From: Spirosoma sp.
GTDB taxonomy: Bacteria > Bacteroidota > Bacteroidia > Cytophagales > Spirosomataceae
Assembly (NCBI GenBank): GCA_014377625.1
Contig: JACMPG010000012.1
Coordinates: 191 to 64,190 of the forward strand
Direction: 5' to 3'
Length of the DNA: 64,000 bases
Below, piece after piece: positions 1-9,914 of this stretch; position 1 is the first letter of the stretch, and each line of letters starts with the position of its first letter. The notes under the pieces are model-generated. The model was given only the letters and a program-made list of their open reading frames with translations. It had not been told where the DNA came from and did not search any database. Made by a program: the position numbers and the translations under genes.

Positions 1-607
1 TGGCCAGAAAGTCGGGCTGGAACGACGCCAGCGTAATCAGCGGAATCATAAACGCCAGCAACACTGCGTAGAGCATCAGTCCCTTGCGTTTGGGAGTCAT
101 GCCATAAAACGCAAGGGGCCGCGACGGATGGTCAACGAGCCGGTAGAAAACGTACAGCGGTAACACAATGGTCAGTATGGATTGCAGGTTACGCAGACAG
201 TAGTAGAGAAACACAAACACCTCGCCCCCAAATAGCGTCCGGCTCAGTTCAACATGACCATAAAACCCAGAATAAACGGAATAACTGACCAGCGCAACAC
301 CCGATCTCAGCCAGAACGGGCCACTACGCCAAAGGCCTTGGCGGTGATGAAAATAGGTCCAGAGCCAGACGCTAACGTAGTAAATGGTGGCATACAACCC
401 AAAATACAACACCGGCCAGATGGGTTGGCCCTGATGCACATCAATCCACGCATCTTCGGCGTTGAACCAATAGTTTACAGTAAGCAGCAGCGCGAGCCAA
501 CCAGCGGTTGCCGCGTAGAGACCAGGCCGGAAATCAAGTCGAATGTAGGTGCGCAGGTCGTGCCAGAGTACAAGCATGAAGCGAAAGTACAACCGTCCGG
601 CATACAT
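1..607 (-). CDS. Partial polytopic membrane protein, probably CPBP/CAAX-family intramembrane protease (runs off left edge)
   Basis: Not in ORF track. Hand translation from ATG 607 (alt. in-frame ATG 577): MLVLWHDLRTYIRLDFRPGLYAATAGWLALLLTVNYWF...LLAFMIPLITLASFQPDFLA, open to base 1, several TM segments; the catalytic EExxxR motif would lie outside the window. Confidence 0.55.
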   Translation of the reverse strand, partial: MYAGRLYFRFMLVLWHDLRTYIRLDFRPGLYAATAGWLALLLTVNYWFNAEDAWIDVHQGQPIWPVLYFGLYATIYYVSVWLWTYFHHRQGLWRSGPFWLRSGVALVSYSVYSGFYGHVELSRTLFGGEVFVFLYYCLRNLQSILTIVLPLYVFYRLVDHPSRPLAFYGMTPKRKGLMLYAVLLAFMIPLITLASFQPDFLA

Positions 608-733
608 AATTCCGGTTTGTGTAGTTAACTTGGTCAGGATCTAATCTTGACTGATTAGGTTGTAGCCCGGACCGGTACGCCGGTGCATACACATAGCATT
701 CAGAATAACCAGAGCAACACCGGAGCCAAACGC

Positions 734-1879
734 ATGAAAGAAATAACCCGTATTGTCGAAGTCTTTAACCAGATTGATTTTTCGCAGCGCAAAGCCGCCC
801 TGGCCACGGTGGTATGGGTCGAAGGGTCGTCGTACCGCAGGCCGGGTGCGCGGATGCTTATTACTGACGATGGCCGCTGGGAAGGGGCTATCAGTGGCGG
901 CTGTCTGGAAGGCGATGCCCTGCGTAAAGCCAGGGGCGTCATGCGCGACGGTCAGCCGCTGGTTGTTACCTACGATACGATGGACGACGGGGCCAACAGT
1001 TTCGGCGTAGGGCTGGGCTGCAACGGTATCATTGACGTCCTGATTGAACCTATCAACCCCGCCAATCCACAACATCCGGTAGCCGTACTGAGTGAGTTCG
1101 TGCAACAGCGCGACGTTCGGGCCGTGGCCACCGTGCTCAGCAGCGACGATACTACGCTCCGCCCCGGCACCCGCTTCGTGCTGACCGAAGACCAGCAAAA
1201 CGTACCTGACTGGCTCATTGGCGAGATGCACGAGGTGCTGGCGGTTGGCAAGCCGCTGACCAAAACCACCGATACCAGCGCAGGAACCGTGCAGGTATTC
1301 ATCGAACGGATTGACCCCGGCATTGAACTCGTCATTTTCGGCGCGGGCTACGACGTCATTTCCGTAGCGCGGCTGGCCCGCGACCTCGGCTGGCACGTGA
1401 CCGTTACCGACGATTGCGTAGCGCACCTTGCCCCCAGACGCTTTCCAGTAGCCACCTGCGTTGTTTTCGCCGACCGCACCGCCGTACTTGACACCGTCCC
1501 GATTACCAACCGAACAGCCGCCGTGCTGATGTCGCATAATTTCAACTACGACAAAGCCGTGCTGCAAACGCTGCTCACCACCAACGTACCGTACATCGGG
1601 ATGCTCGGCCCGCGCAAACGCTTCGATAAAATGCAGGACGAGTTTATCAAAGACGGATTGCTCATCGGAGAAAACACCCTCAGCCGGGTTCATGCACCCA
1701 TCGGCCTTGACCTCGGTGCCGAAACACCCGACGAAATAGCGTTGTCCATCATTGCCGAAATCAAAGCATTCTTCACGCAGCGAACGGGAGGCTTCCTGAA
1801 AGATAAAGACGGCCCAATTCACGAACGACTGTCGGGAAATGTTGTAGGTCAGAGCGCATCGGTACACCAACCTACCTGA
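734..1879 (+). CDS. xdhC: XdhC/CoxI family molybdoenzyme accessory protein
   Basis: ALATVVWVEGSSYRRPGARM, GAISGGCLE, GLGCNG, VIFGAG, YIGMLGP, APIGLDLGAETPDEIALSIIAEI; start trimmed to ATG 734. Confidence 0.9.
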   Translation: MKEITRIVEVFNQIDFSQRKAALATVVWVEGSSYRRPGARMLITDDGRWEGAISGGCLEGDALRKARGVMRDGQPLVVTYDTMDDGANSFGVGLGCNGIIDVLIEPINPANPQHPVAVLSEFVQQRDVRAVATVLSSDDTTLRPGTRFVLTEDQQNVPDWLIGEMHEVLAVGKPLTKTTDTSAGTVQVFIERIDPGIELVIFGAGYDVISVARLARDLGWHVTVTDDCVAHLAPRRFPVATCVVFADRTAVLDTVPITNRTAAVLMSHNFNYDKAVLQTLLTTNVPYIGMLGPRKRFDKMQDEFIKDGLLIGENTLSRVHAPIGLDLGAETPDEIALSIIAEIKAFFTQRTGGFLKDKDGPIHERLSGNVVGQSASVHQPT

Positions 1880-1884
1880 ATCCA

Positions 1885-2481
1885 ATGCGCTACCAGGCCA
1901 TCGCTACTATCCTCCTCGCGGCTGGCCGTTCATCCCGGTTGGGGCAGCCGAAGCAGTTGCTTCGGCAGGCAGGAGAAACGCTCGTCCGGCTAATGACGCA
2001 AATGGCCCTGTCGCTGAATGCGGGTCCGGTTGTGGTGGTGGTAGGCGCGAACGAGGGACTGATTAGGGCCGAAATCGCGGATTTTTCGGTTCAGATTCTC
2101 CAGAATGAACAGTGGGAAACGGGCATGGCATCGTCATTGCAGGCGGGGTTACGTTCACTCGCTCACGAACCGGTTGATGCCTTTTTAGTCTTACTCACCG
2201 ACCAGCCGCACGTAACATCTGATCTGTTAAAGCAGTTAATTGATACCCGCCAGCAAAGTGGGCGGGGCATTGTAGGGTGTCAGTATGGCGAACCGGATTT
2301 CATCGGCGTTCCAGCTCTGTTCGACATTGGCTACTTACCTGCTTTTATGAACCTGACCGGCGACACGGGTGCCCGCAAACTTATTCGTCAATACGCCGAC
2401 GACTGCGCCATCATCCCATTTCCGCTCGGCAGCGTCGATCTGGACACACCTGATGATCTGGCAAATTGGCAGAACGGATAA
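1885..2481 (+). CDS. Molybdenum cofactor cytidylyltransferase-like nucleotidyltransferase (MocA/MobA family)
   Basis: ILLAAGRSSRLGQPKQLL, GMASSL, LTDQP, GDTGAR, DLDTPDD; follows xdhC. Confidence 0.85.
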   Translation: MRYQAIATILLAAGRSSRLGQPKQLLRQAGETLVRLMTQMALSLNAGPVVVVVGANEGLIRAEIADFSVQILQNEQWETGMASSLQAGLRSLAHEPVDAFLVLLTDQPHVTSDLLKQLIDTRQQSGRGIVGCQYGEPDFIGVPALFDIGYLPAFMNLTGDTGARKLIRQYADDCAIIPFPLGSVDLDTPDDLANWQNG

Positions 2482-2489
2482 CCACACCG

Positions 2490-2497
2490 TACCTTTG
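2490..2497 (+). promoter_or_regulatory. Bacteroidota sigma70 -7 element (TAnnTTTG) for ruvX-def
   Basis: TACCTTTG 4 nt before ATG 2502. Confidence 0.6.
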
Positions 2498-2501
2498 TAT
2501 C

Positions 2502-2915
2502 ATGGCGCGACTGCTGGCTATTGACTACGGAAAAAAACGCACGGGCATGGCCGTAACAGACCCGCTGCAAATCATTGCAACTGCCCTGGAAACGGTACCC
2601 TCGCATGAGATGCTGAAGTTCCTGAAAGCCTACGTAGCCCGCGAGCCGGTTGAGCTGTTTATTGTTGGGCTACCCAAACAACTCGACGGCAGAGACTCAG
2701 AAAACGCGGCCCGCGTCAGGACGTTTGTTGGGCACTTACAGAACGCTTTGCCCAACATTCCCGTTATTTTTCACGACGAACGCTTTACCTCCCAAATGGC
2801 CCTGCAAGCCATGATTGCGGGCGGAAGCACCAAGAAAGACCGACGCGAAAAAGGCAACATCGACAAAGTCAGTGCCGCCATTATTTTGCAGTCATACATG
2901 GAAAGCAGACAATAA
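2502..2915 (+). CDS. ruvX: YqgF/RuvX pre-16S rRNA nuclease / Holliday junction resolvase-like
   Basis: LLAIDYGKKRTGMAVTD, VGLP, DERFTS, IDKVSAAIILQSY. Confidence 0.92.
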   Translation: MARLLAIDYGKKRTGMAVTDPLQIIATALETVPSHEMLKFLKAYVAREPVELFIVGLPKQLDGRDSENAARVRTFVGHLQNALPNIPVIFHDERFTSQMALQAMIAGGSTKKDRREKGNIDKVSAAIILQSYMESRQ

Positions 2916-3002
2916 TTATGAATTTTGAGTTGGGCTGACGCATTTCGATTTTCAATCGCACCGGCGACCCGGTTATGACTCATAATTCATAACTCATAAC
3001 TA
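2915..3002. repeat. Heptamer-repeat-flanked intergenic element
   Basis: ttatgaattttgagt ... GCTGACGCA ... GCACCGGCGACCCGGT ... tcataat tcataac tcataac. Confidence 0.6.
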
Positions 3003-3007
3003 AAAAG

Positions 3008-3580
3008 ATGATCCTCCCTATTATTGCCTACGGCGATCCGGTATTGCGGAAGCGGGCAAAAGAAATTTATCCCGGTACGCTCAACGTGAAAACACTGAGC
3101 GAGAACATGTTCGAGACCATGTACGAGGCTTCGGGCGTAGGGCTGGCGGCTCCCCAAATCGGGCAGAGCATCCGGATGTTTGTCTGCGACGGGCAACCGC
3201 TCAACGAAGACGAAAAAGAAGAAGATATCGACCCGACCGTCATTGGCTTTAAGCGGGTGTTTATCAACCCCGAAATCATTGAAGAAGCGGGCGACGACTG
3301 GGCGTTTGAAGAAGGTTGCCTAAGCATCCCCGGTATCCGTGGCGATGTAATCCGGCCCGAAATCATCGTAATCCGCTACTACGACGTGGACTGGAACGAA
3401 CACGAAGAGGAGTTTGAGGGTATGGCCGCCCGCATTATTCAGCACGAATACGACCACCTCGACGGTAAACTCTTCACGGATTACCTACCCATAATCCGTC
3501 GGCAACTCATCAAGAAGAAACTCGCCGACATTACCAAAGGCCGCACCGATGTTGACTATAAGATGCGGTTTGTAAAGTAA
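3008..3580 (+). CDS. def: Peptide deformylase
   Basis: GVGLAAPQIG, EGCLSIPG, QHEYDHLDG. Confidence 0.97.
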   Translation: MILPIIAYGDPVLRKRAKEIYPGTLNVKTLSENMFETMYEASGVGLAAPQIGQSIRMFVCDGQPLNEDEKEEDIDPTVIGFKRVFINPEIIEEAGDDWAFEEGCLSIPGIRGDVIRPEIIVIRYYDVDWNEHEEEFEGMAARIIQHEYDHLDGKLFTDYLPIIRRQLIKKKLADITKGRTDVDYKMRFVK

Positions 3581-3697
3581 TTATAAATGATGACCGGGCC
3601 GCCAACGGTCGGCCGCTACCGTGCGGTTATGAATGATGAATTAGGCGGACGCAAGTTACTTTGCATCCGCCTAATTCATCATTTATAATTCATAATC
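3581..3697. repeat. Heptamer-repeat-flanked palindrome with GC-rich core
   Basis: GACCGGGCCGCCAACGGTCGGCCGCTACCGTGCGGTT, then hairpin atgatgaattaggcggacgcaa/ttgcatccgcctaattcatcat. Confidence 0.65.
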
Positions 3698-3698
3698 T

Positions 3699-4523
3699 AT
3701 GAACGTCTCCCTTCTCCAGCCTGACCTATATTGGCACGATCCGGTAGCCAACCGTGCCATGCTGGAAGAGAAAATCATGGCCCTGCCCCACCCCACCGAT
3801 CTGATTGTACTGCCCGAAATGTTCACGACGGGCTTCACAATGGACGCCCGCACCGTGGCCGAGGTGCCAAATCTGACTACGATGCGGTGGATACGGCAAA
3901 TGGCCCAACAGACCGATGCCGTTGTAACGGGCAGCTACGTAGTGCGCGAAGGGAGCGGGAGCGGTCCGACGGGTCGGTCGTTTTACAACCGGCTCGTCTG
4001 GATGCAGCCCGACGGGCAGTTCGACACCTACGATAAGCGGCACCTGTTCAGAATGGCGGGCGAAGACACGGTCTATACCGCCGGGAATCAGCGCATTATC
4101 AAGGAATGGCGCGGCTGGCGCGTTTGCCCGCTGATTTGTTATGATCTGCGGTTTCCGGTCTGGAGCCGCAACGTATTGACCGACACGCCCGCTGAGTTTG
4201 CCTACGACCTGCTGCTCTACGTAGCCAACTGGCCCTCTCCGCGCCAAACCGCCTGGGATACGCTGTTGCAGGCCCGCGCCATCGAGAATCTCAGTTACGT
4301 TGTTGGTGTCAATCGCGTGGGTACCGACGGGAACGGACATGGCTACGTGGGTGGCTCGGCTATCGTTGACCCAATGGGCGCAGTACTGTTCCGGCAGGCC
4401 GACACTGAAATTGTTCACCAGCAAACGCTTTCACTGGATACGCTGCGGGAGTTTCGCGAACGCTTCCCGGCCAATCTGGATGCTGATCGATTTACAATTG
4501 CCGATACCATTGATGGGCAGTAA
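3699..4523 (+). CDS. Nitrilase-family omega-amidase (YafV/Nit2-like)
   Basis: Catalytic E-K-C motifs LPEMFTTGF, YDKRHLF, ICYDLRFP; ARAIEN. Confidence 0.9.
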   Translation: MNVSLLQPDLYWHDPVANRAMLEEKIMALPHPTDLIVLPEMFTTGFTMDARTVAEVPNLTTMRWIRQMAQQTDAVVTGSYVVREGSGSGPTGRSFYNRLVWMQPDGQFDTYDKRHLFRMAGEDTVYTAGNQRIIKEWRGWRVCPLICYDLRFPVWSRNVLTDTPAEFAYDLLLYVANWPSPRQTAWDTLLQARAIENLSYVVGVNRVGTDGNGHGYVGGSAIVDPMGAVLFRQADTEIVHQQTLSLDTLREFRERFPANLDADRFTIADTIDGQ

Positions 4524-4603
4524 ATGACGACCAATGACTATGAGTCGCTTGCGAAACGTTACTGAAAACCGCAACTTGCCGGTCAACTAAGTTCCTTTCC
4601 CAG

Positions 4604-6148
4604 ATGACTCAATTCACCACCCAGGATCAGGTACAAATTCAGGCGCAGGGCATATTGCCCGAACAGATAGACCGGCAGATTCAATACTTTATCGACGGGT
4701 TTCCCTTCCTCAACGTCATTAAAGCAGCCACCATTAGCGATGGCGTTATCCGCATTCCCGACGAGCAGCTAACCGCCTACCTCCGTCGCTACGACGAAGC
4801 AGCCCACGAAAAGAGTATTGTTAAATTCGTTCCGGCATCCGGGGCCGCTACCCGGATGTTCAAATCGCTGTTTGCCGGGCTGGATGGCAAATTCGACAAG
4901 GCCACGGAGGAGTTTTTCACGCGCCTGCCCGACTTCGCTTTTTACAATTCGCTGCGTAAAGTTCTGTCCATACATGGCGTTGACCTCGACAAGGCCGTTG
5001 CCGGTGGCCTGACCGACACCGCTACGCGCCAGACAGTACTCCATTTTCTGTTGAGCGAAGACGGGCTGGACTACGGTAGTTTGCCGAAGGGTTTACTCAA
5101 ATTTCACCGCTACGCTGATGGGTCGCGAACGCCCGCCGAAGAACATCTGGTAGAAGGGGCCGCCTACGCCAACTCAGATGGGGTCGTGCAGATTCACTTC
5201 ACCGTATCGCCCGAACACCGTGGCCGCTTCGAGCAGCTTATCAACGACCAGAAAGCCGACTACGAATCCTGGCTTGGCGTAACGTTCGACGTTAGTTTTT
5301 CGGAGCAGAAGAAAGCCACCGATACCATTTCGGTCAACCCCGACAACAGCCCATTCCGCAACTTCGATAAAAGTCTGCTGTTTCGCCCGGCAGGACATGG
5401 TGCGCTGATTGAAAACCTCAACGACATCGACGCCGACATTGTCTTTATCAAAAACATCGACAACGTAGTGCCGGACGATATTAAGGAGACGACCGTTACG
5501 TACAAAAAGGCACTGGCGGCTGTTTTGCTTGATGCTCAGCAACAGATTGCCCGGATGCAGGGGCTGTTGGAAACCGGCAGTAACTCGCCCGACGACGTAA
5601 GTGACGGATACCTCGCCGAAGCCGATGAACTCCTCCGCCGAACGCTGTTTACGCTGCCGCCCGATGACTACGGGCGCATGACGAAGGCCGAAAAAGCCCA
5701 ATACATCAAACAGAAATTAGACCGGCCAACGCGCGTTTGTGGTATGGTGAAAAACGTGGGCGAGCCGGGGGGCGGGCCATTCTGGGTGCGTAATGCCGAC
5801 GGTTCCGTGTCGTTACAGGTGGTAGAGTCGGCGCAGATTGATTTGAACAACCCGACGCAGAAGGAGATTTTCGACACCGCCACCCATTTCAATCCCGTCG
5901 ATCTGGTGTGTGGCCTGAAAGATCGGCGCGGCAAAAAATACGACCTGCCCAACTACCGCGACCCGCTGACGGGCTTTGTCACGGCAAAATCGAAAGATGG
6001 TAAAGATCTCAAAGCCCAGGAGTTACCCGGCCTTTGGAACGGCGCAATGGCCAACTGGAACACGATTTTTGTGGAGGTACCACTCATTACGTTCAACCCC
6101 GTCAAGACCGTAAACGATTTACTGCGGGCCGAGCATCAACCTCAGTAA
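4604..6148 (+). CDS. DUF4301 family protein (nucleotidyltransferase-like)
   Basis: KFVPASGAATRMFK, FRPAGHGAL, FIKNIDNV, GEPGGGPFW, ELPGLWNGAMA, FNPVKTVNDLL. Confidence 0.88.
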   Translation: MTQFTTQDQVQIQAQGILPEQIDRQIQYFIDGFPFLNVIKAATISDGVIRIPDEQLTAYLRRYDEAAHEKSIVKFVPASGAATRMFKSLFAGLDGKFDKATEEFFTRLPDFAFYNSLRKVLSIHGVDLDKAVAGGLTDTATRQTVLHFLLSEDGLDYGSLPKGLLKFHRYADGSRTPAEEHLVEGAAYANSDGVVQIHFTVSPEHRGRFEQLINDQKADYESWLGVTFDVSFSEQKKATDTISVNPDNSPFRNFDKSLLFRPAGHGALIENLNDIDADIVFIKNIDNVVPDDIKETTVTYKKALAAVLLDAQQQIARMQGLLETGSNSPDDVSDGYLAEADELLRRTLFTLPPDDYGRMTKAEKAQYIKQKLDRPTRVCGMVKNVGEPGGGPFWVRNADGSVSLQVVESAQIDLNNPTQKEIFDTATHFNPVDLVCGLKDRRGKKYDLPNYRDPLTGFVTAKSKDGKDLKAQELPGLWNGAMANWNTIFVEVPLITFNPVKTVNDLLRAEHQPQ

Positions 6149-6159
6149 GAAGTTAAAAA

Positions 6160-6244
6160 ATTGTAGGATTGTAAAGTTGGCTGACGCACGAATACTCTGG
6201 CGTCAGCCAACTTTACAACTCTATAACTTTACAACTTTGTAACT
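6160..6244. repeat. GCTGACGC palindromic element with octamer repeats (likely also bidirectional terminator)
   Basis: 19-bp perfect IR 6169-6187/6200-6218 plus ttacaact-type repeats; an inverted copy lies at 15467-15532. Confidence 0.8.
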
Positions 6245-6248
6245 CCCT

Positions 6249-6743
6249 TTATGCGGTCATACGGCTGATGGGCAGTTCGTCTAAGTCTTCGGCGTTGATA
6301 CCGATAGGAATCTCTTTGGTTATCAGCGATTCTGGGTTCTGGAATGTTAGCAGCGTGGTGTTTTCGTACACGCCCAGATTTGCATCCCGAACACGCTCCA
6401 TAATAGGTTTGAGCATGCAGGTCACTTCGTCCTCGCAGTCGTCGCACTTGACGTAAAAATTAAAGGACACACAGGGTGTGGGCGCAATAGGCCCGTCAAT
6501 GACCCGCATAACCTGCGCCAGATTGACCCGGCCCGGCTCTACCCGTAACAAATAGCCACCGCCCTTGCCTTTCTGACTTTGCAGAATACCATGATTACGG
6601 AGTTCGAGCAGAATAGCTTCGAGAAATTTCTTGGGAATATTCTCCTTAGCCGAAATATAGGAAATCAGGATAGGACCTTTTCCGTACTCTTCGGTCAGGA
6701 CTTTGAGGGCTTTAATGGCGTACTTAGCTTTTTTCGAGATCAT
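6249..6743 (-). CDS. Rrf2 family transcriptional regulator
   Basis: IPKKFLEAILLEL, SQKGKGGGY, IDGPIAPTPC, Cys cluster C..CDDC...C. Confidence 0.92.
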   Translation of the reverse strand: MISKKAKYAIKALKVLTEEYGKGPILISYISAKENIPKKFLEAILLELRNHGILQSQKGKGGGYLLRVEPGRVNLAQVMRVIDGPIAPTPCVSFNFYVKCDDCEDEVTCMLKPIMERVRDANLGVYENTTLLTFQNPESLITKEIPIGINAEDLDELPISRMTA

Positions 6744-7007
6744 TGTTACGGTGCCCGGGTAGGCTTAGGGATTACGGTAGGTAAATAGTTTAGTCGATAT
6801 AAGTCGCGACGGTTGCGGGTCGAAATTAGTAAGTCCTTCACAATCAGCCAAAAATATGCTTGCTTTTTGGTCATATATCAGTCTTTGTCCAGAATGATCA
6901 GGCCACAGCGGTACTGGTGCCAAATTCCCGCAATCTTTCGGACTTAATTGAGTGTCAGGCAACAGGCTTTTGCATAGTAACAAAAAATCCCGGAATATCC
7001 CTGTCTC

Positions 7008-8081
7008 CTACATCACGGCGCCATCCTTGAGCCGCTCGGCATTTTCGGCAATGCGGAGTTGCTCAATAAAATCACCGATATCGCCGTCCATTACAGCAGA
7101 GAGGTTGTGGGTGGTCATGCCTATGCGGTGATCCGTTACGCGGCTCTGTGGGTAATTGTAAGTACGAATCTTGTCGGAGCGGTCGCCACTACCCACCATC
7201 GTTTTGCGCTGACTGGCAATGGCGTCGTTGTGTTTCTGCAATTCCATTTCGTATATCCGCGAACGTAGTACAGTCAGGGCTTTGTCGAAGTTTTTAAGTT
7301 GCGAACGTTCGTCCTGGCACTGCACCACCATCCCCGTGGGAATGTGCGTAAGCCTCACCGCCGAATAGGTCGTGTTTACCGACTGACCACCCGCCCCCGA
7401 CGAACAGAACGTGTCTTTGCGGATGTCGTTCATACTGATATCTACGTCCACCTCTTCGGCTTCGGGCAACACGGCTACGCTGGCGGCTGACGTGTGGATA
7501 CGGCCCTGCGTTTCGGTAGCCGGTACGCGCTGTACCCGGTGTACGCCCGACTCGAACTTGAGTTTACCGTACACGTCTTCGCCCTCAATCTCGGTTATAA
7601 TTTCTTTGTAGCCGCCCGACGAACCTTCGGTAAAGTCCACGAGCGACATTTTCCAGCCCATTTTCTCGCAGAACCGCTGGTACATTCGGAAGATGTCACC
7701 CGCAAAAATGGCGGCCTCGTCGCCCCCGGTACCGCCCCGAACTTCAAGAATCACGTTCTTGCTGTCGTTGGGGTCTTTCGGAATCAGCATTTCTTTCAGC
7801 GTCTCCTCCATCGTGTCGCGCCGGGGCGTCAGCTCGTCCAGTTCGCCTTTGGCCATTTCACGAAATTCGGCGTCTTTCTCGGTCGCAATAATCTCTTTGG
7901 CATTGTCTATTTCCTGAAGCACCTGAGTGTAAGCCCGGTACTCGGTCACGATTTTTTCGAGGTCTTTATATTCTTTACTCAGCTTCATGAAGCGTTTCTG
8001 GTCTGAAACCGCTTCGGGCTGCACAATCTGCTGGGCTACTTCGTCGAAACGTTCGGCGATGGCTTCTAACTGGTCGAGCAT
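7008..8081 (-). CDS. prfA: Peptide chain release factor 1
   Basis: GGDEA, ESGVHRVQRVPATE (PxT), GAGGQ, RTYNYPQ; start MLDQLEAI. Confidence 0.97.
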   Translation of the reverse strand: MLDQLEAIAERFDEVAQQIVQPEAVSDQKRFMKLSKEYKDLEKIVTEYRAYTQVLQEIDNAKEIIATEKDAEFREMAKGELDELTPRRDTMEETLKEMLIPKDPNDSKNVILEVRGGTGGDEAAIFAGDIFRMYQRFCEKMGWKMSLVDFTEGSSGGYKEIITEIEGEDVYGKLKFESGVHRVQRVPATETQGRIHTSAASVAVLPEAEEVDVDISMNDIRKDTFCSSGAGGQSVNTTYSAVRLTHIPTGMVVQCQDERSQLKNFDKALTVLRSRIYEMELQKHNDAIASQRKTMVGSGDRSDKIRTYNYPQSRVTDHRIGMTTHNLSAVMDGDIGDFIEQLRIAENAERLKDGAVM

Positions 8082-8317
8082 TGTTTTTGGGGTAATTGGA
8101 CTGCAAAAATACCATATTTTGGTACGCAGGCCGCATAACGTAACTTTACAGAGAACCAGCCCAATCAATGGCTAACGACGCACTACCACAGCCTCGCCGA
8201 TGTTACAGGGATGGGGGCTTCGTATTGCCGTTAGCCAACGTAGATCGGACAGTTAATTTTTGGGTACAGGCCATCTTCAGGAATATTCTTTATCGAGGTT
8301 ATTTATTTCGAAAATAC

Positions 8318-8563
8318 GTGCGTTACGCATACCCACGTTTCCCCAGAATCACTGTTGATGCCGAAACATGCGCAGGTAGTCCTTGTATCAGGGGTATGAG
8401 ATTTCCTGTGTCTTCGCTACTCGATTACCTAAGCAGCGGTATGACATACGATGAACTATTGGCAGAGTTTACTTTTCTCGAAAAAGACGATATCCTTCAG
8501 GCATTATCGTTTTCTTCGGAGCAGGTTCAGTTTCAGATTTTCCCGTTACAGCAAACTGCCTGA
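8318..8563 (+). CDS. DUF433 family putative antitoxin
   Basis: ITVDAETCAGSPCIRGMRFPV..LL..L..GMT.DELL.EF..LE.DDI; probable GTG start. Confidence 0.85.
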   Translation: MRYAYPRFPRITVDAETCAGSPCIRGMRFPVSSLLDYLSSGMTYDELLAEFTFLEKDDILQALSFSSEQVQFQIFPLQQTA

Positions 8564-8566
8564 CGA

Positions 8567-8645
8567 ATGAAATTTTTGCTGGATGTAAATATGCCCCGGT
8601 AGCTTTTGAAGAAGACAAGATTCGTATACGTTTATTACCGATAAT
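8567..8645 (+). pseudogene. Internally deleted DUF5615 (PIN-like) toxin remnant
   Basis: MKFLLDVNMPR* followed in another frame by VAFEEDKIRIRLLPI, resembling the two ends of DUF5615 proteins, directly after DUF433. Confidence 0.7.
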
Positions 8646-8665
8646 CCGCTTAAAACAGCCTCAAC

Positions 8666-9247
8666 ATGAACGTAACCAAACTAATCTTCCCCCTCCTGCT
8701 GATCTATCTTGCATCGTGCGGGCCGGAACGGGTGAAGTACACGCCCGAACTGAAGCAGCAGATGTCGGACATGAAAATTAAGCACATCACCAATACCGAC
8801 ATGGTCGAGACCGTGAACACCCTCGGCGAGCGTATTAGTGCAACGGTGCAAAAAGAACTGACCGACACCCTGCGCCACCACGCTGACAATCTCGCCCAGC
8901 AGGCCCGGCTTTGTCAGCTACAGAACCTGCCCCGCACCAAAGCCATCGAGAAAAAGTATGGCGTGGAGATCCAGCTTCTCAGCGGAGCCGATATCCAGAA
9001 CAAAACCCTGGCCCCCAAAGAACGCGAGGTACTGGATGCGTACCTGTACAATGCCGAGCAGAAGTTGCCCCAGATTTCCAACATCCAGAAAATTGCCGAT
9101 ACGCTCTTCATCTACAACGCAGCCGTACCCACCGACAGCCTGGTTTGCCAAACCTGTTTCGGCAGCCAGAAAACCCCGCTTGCCGTTTGGCGCATTGCCT
9201 TCCCCAAGCGCGAGGTCATCCGCCAGTCGGTAGGCGATAAGAAGTAA
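8666..9247 (+). CDS. Lipoprotein, possibly DUF3365/Tll0287-like
   Basis: Lipobox LASC; EREVLDAY; CQTCF near C-terminus. Confidence 0.6.
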   Translation: MNVTKLIFPLLLIYLASCGPERVKYTPELKQQMSDMKIKHITNTDMVETVNTLGERISATVQKELTDTLRHHADNLAQQARLCQLQNLPRTKAIEKKYGVEIQLLSGADIQNKTLAPKEREVLDAYLYNAEQKLPQISNIQKIADTLFIYNAAVPTDSLVCQTCFGSQKTPLAVWRIAFPKREVIRQSVGDKK

Positions 9248-9260
9248 GGTTATTTTTAGT

Positions 9261-9914
9261 ATGACTAACCTGTTGAACACTATGGAAGCGAATACACTCA
9301 CTATTCCGATGACGCTCCAGGAGCGCGACGAAGCCCCAGACGAACTGCGTGTACCGGCAACCTGGGCTGAGTACCTCGAACTGGCCGAAGTAGTCCCCTA
9401 CAATATTGACTACCACAACGGAGAAATTATCTCAATGAGCCAGGCCACCGACCTACACGAGCAACTTGTAGCGCAAATAATTATCATCTTAGGCAATCTT
9501 TTGAACGACGAGGCTGACTACCGGGTGTTGGGGAGCAGTGTTAAAATCTGTGTTCCGGAAAACGGGTCGGAGTTCAATGCCGATTTGTCGGTTATCAGAG
9601 GCCCATCAGAATACGTGACACTACCCGGTGGGAAAGTCTCCAAAGTGCGGATAAAAAACCCGGAAATTGTGGTCGAGATATTGTCAAAAAGTACCAGAGA
9701 GTATGACTAGTCAGATAAACTCGACCAGTATCGGCTCATCCCTTCGCTGAAACACATTCTATTCGTTAGTCAGGAATCGGTGTTTGCCCGCGTCTACTCC
9801 CGGCTCGACCAATGGCTTGACGCCGATTACCGCTCGATTGATGACGTTGTCCGGCTCGGCTCGCTCGACCTGCCCTTGCGTTCGGTTTATCGTAAGACTT
9901 CGTTTGCCGCGTAA
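9261..9914 (+). pseudogene. Uma2 family endonuclease with in-frame TAG at 9708-9710
   Basis: HEQLV, ADLSVI, NPEIVVEILSKSTREYD*; same frame continues SDKLDQYRLIPSLKHILFVSQE...VYRKTSFAA* to 9914. Confidence 0.85.

Noticed and set aside
254-628. 124-aa + strand ORF
   Set aside because: Antisense to the open, hydrophobic minus-strand membrane protein
641-1885. 414-aa - strand ORF
   Set aside because: Antisense to xdhC, no domain signal
6765-6983. 72-aa ORF and possible Rrf2 operator upstream of the Rrf2 gene
   Set aside because: ORF has no protein-like features; the candidate site (ATATCGACTAAACTAT) is only a weak half match
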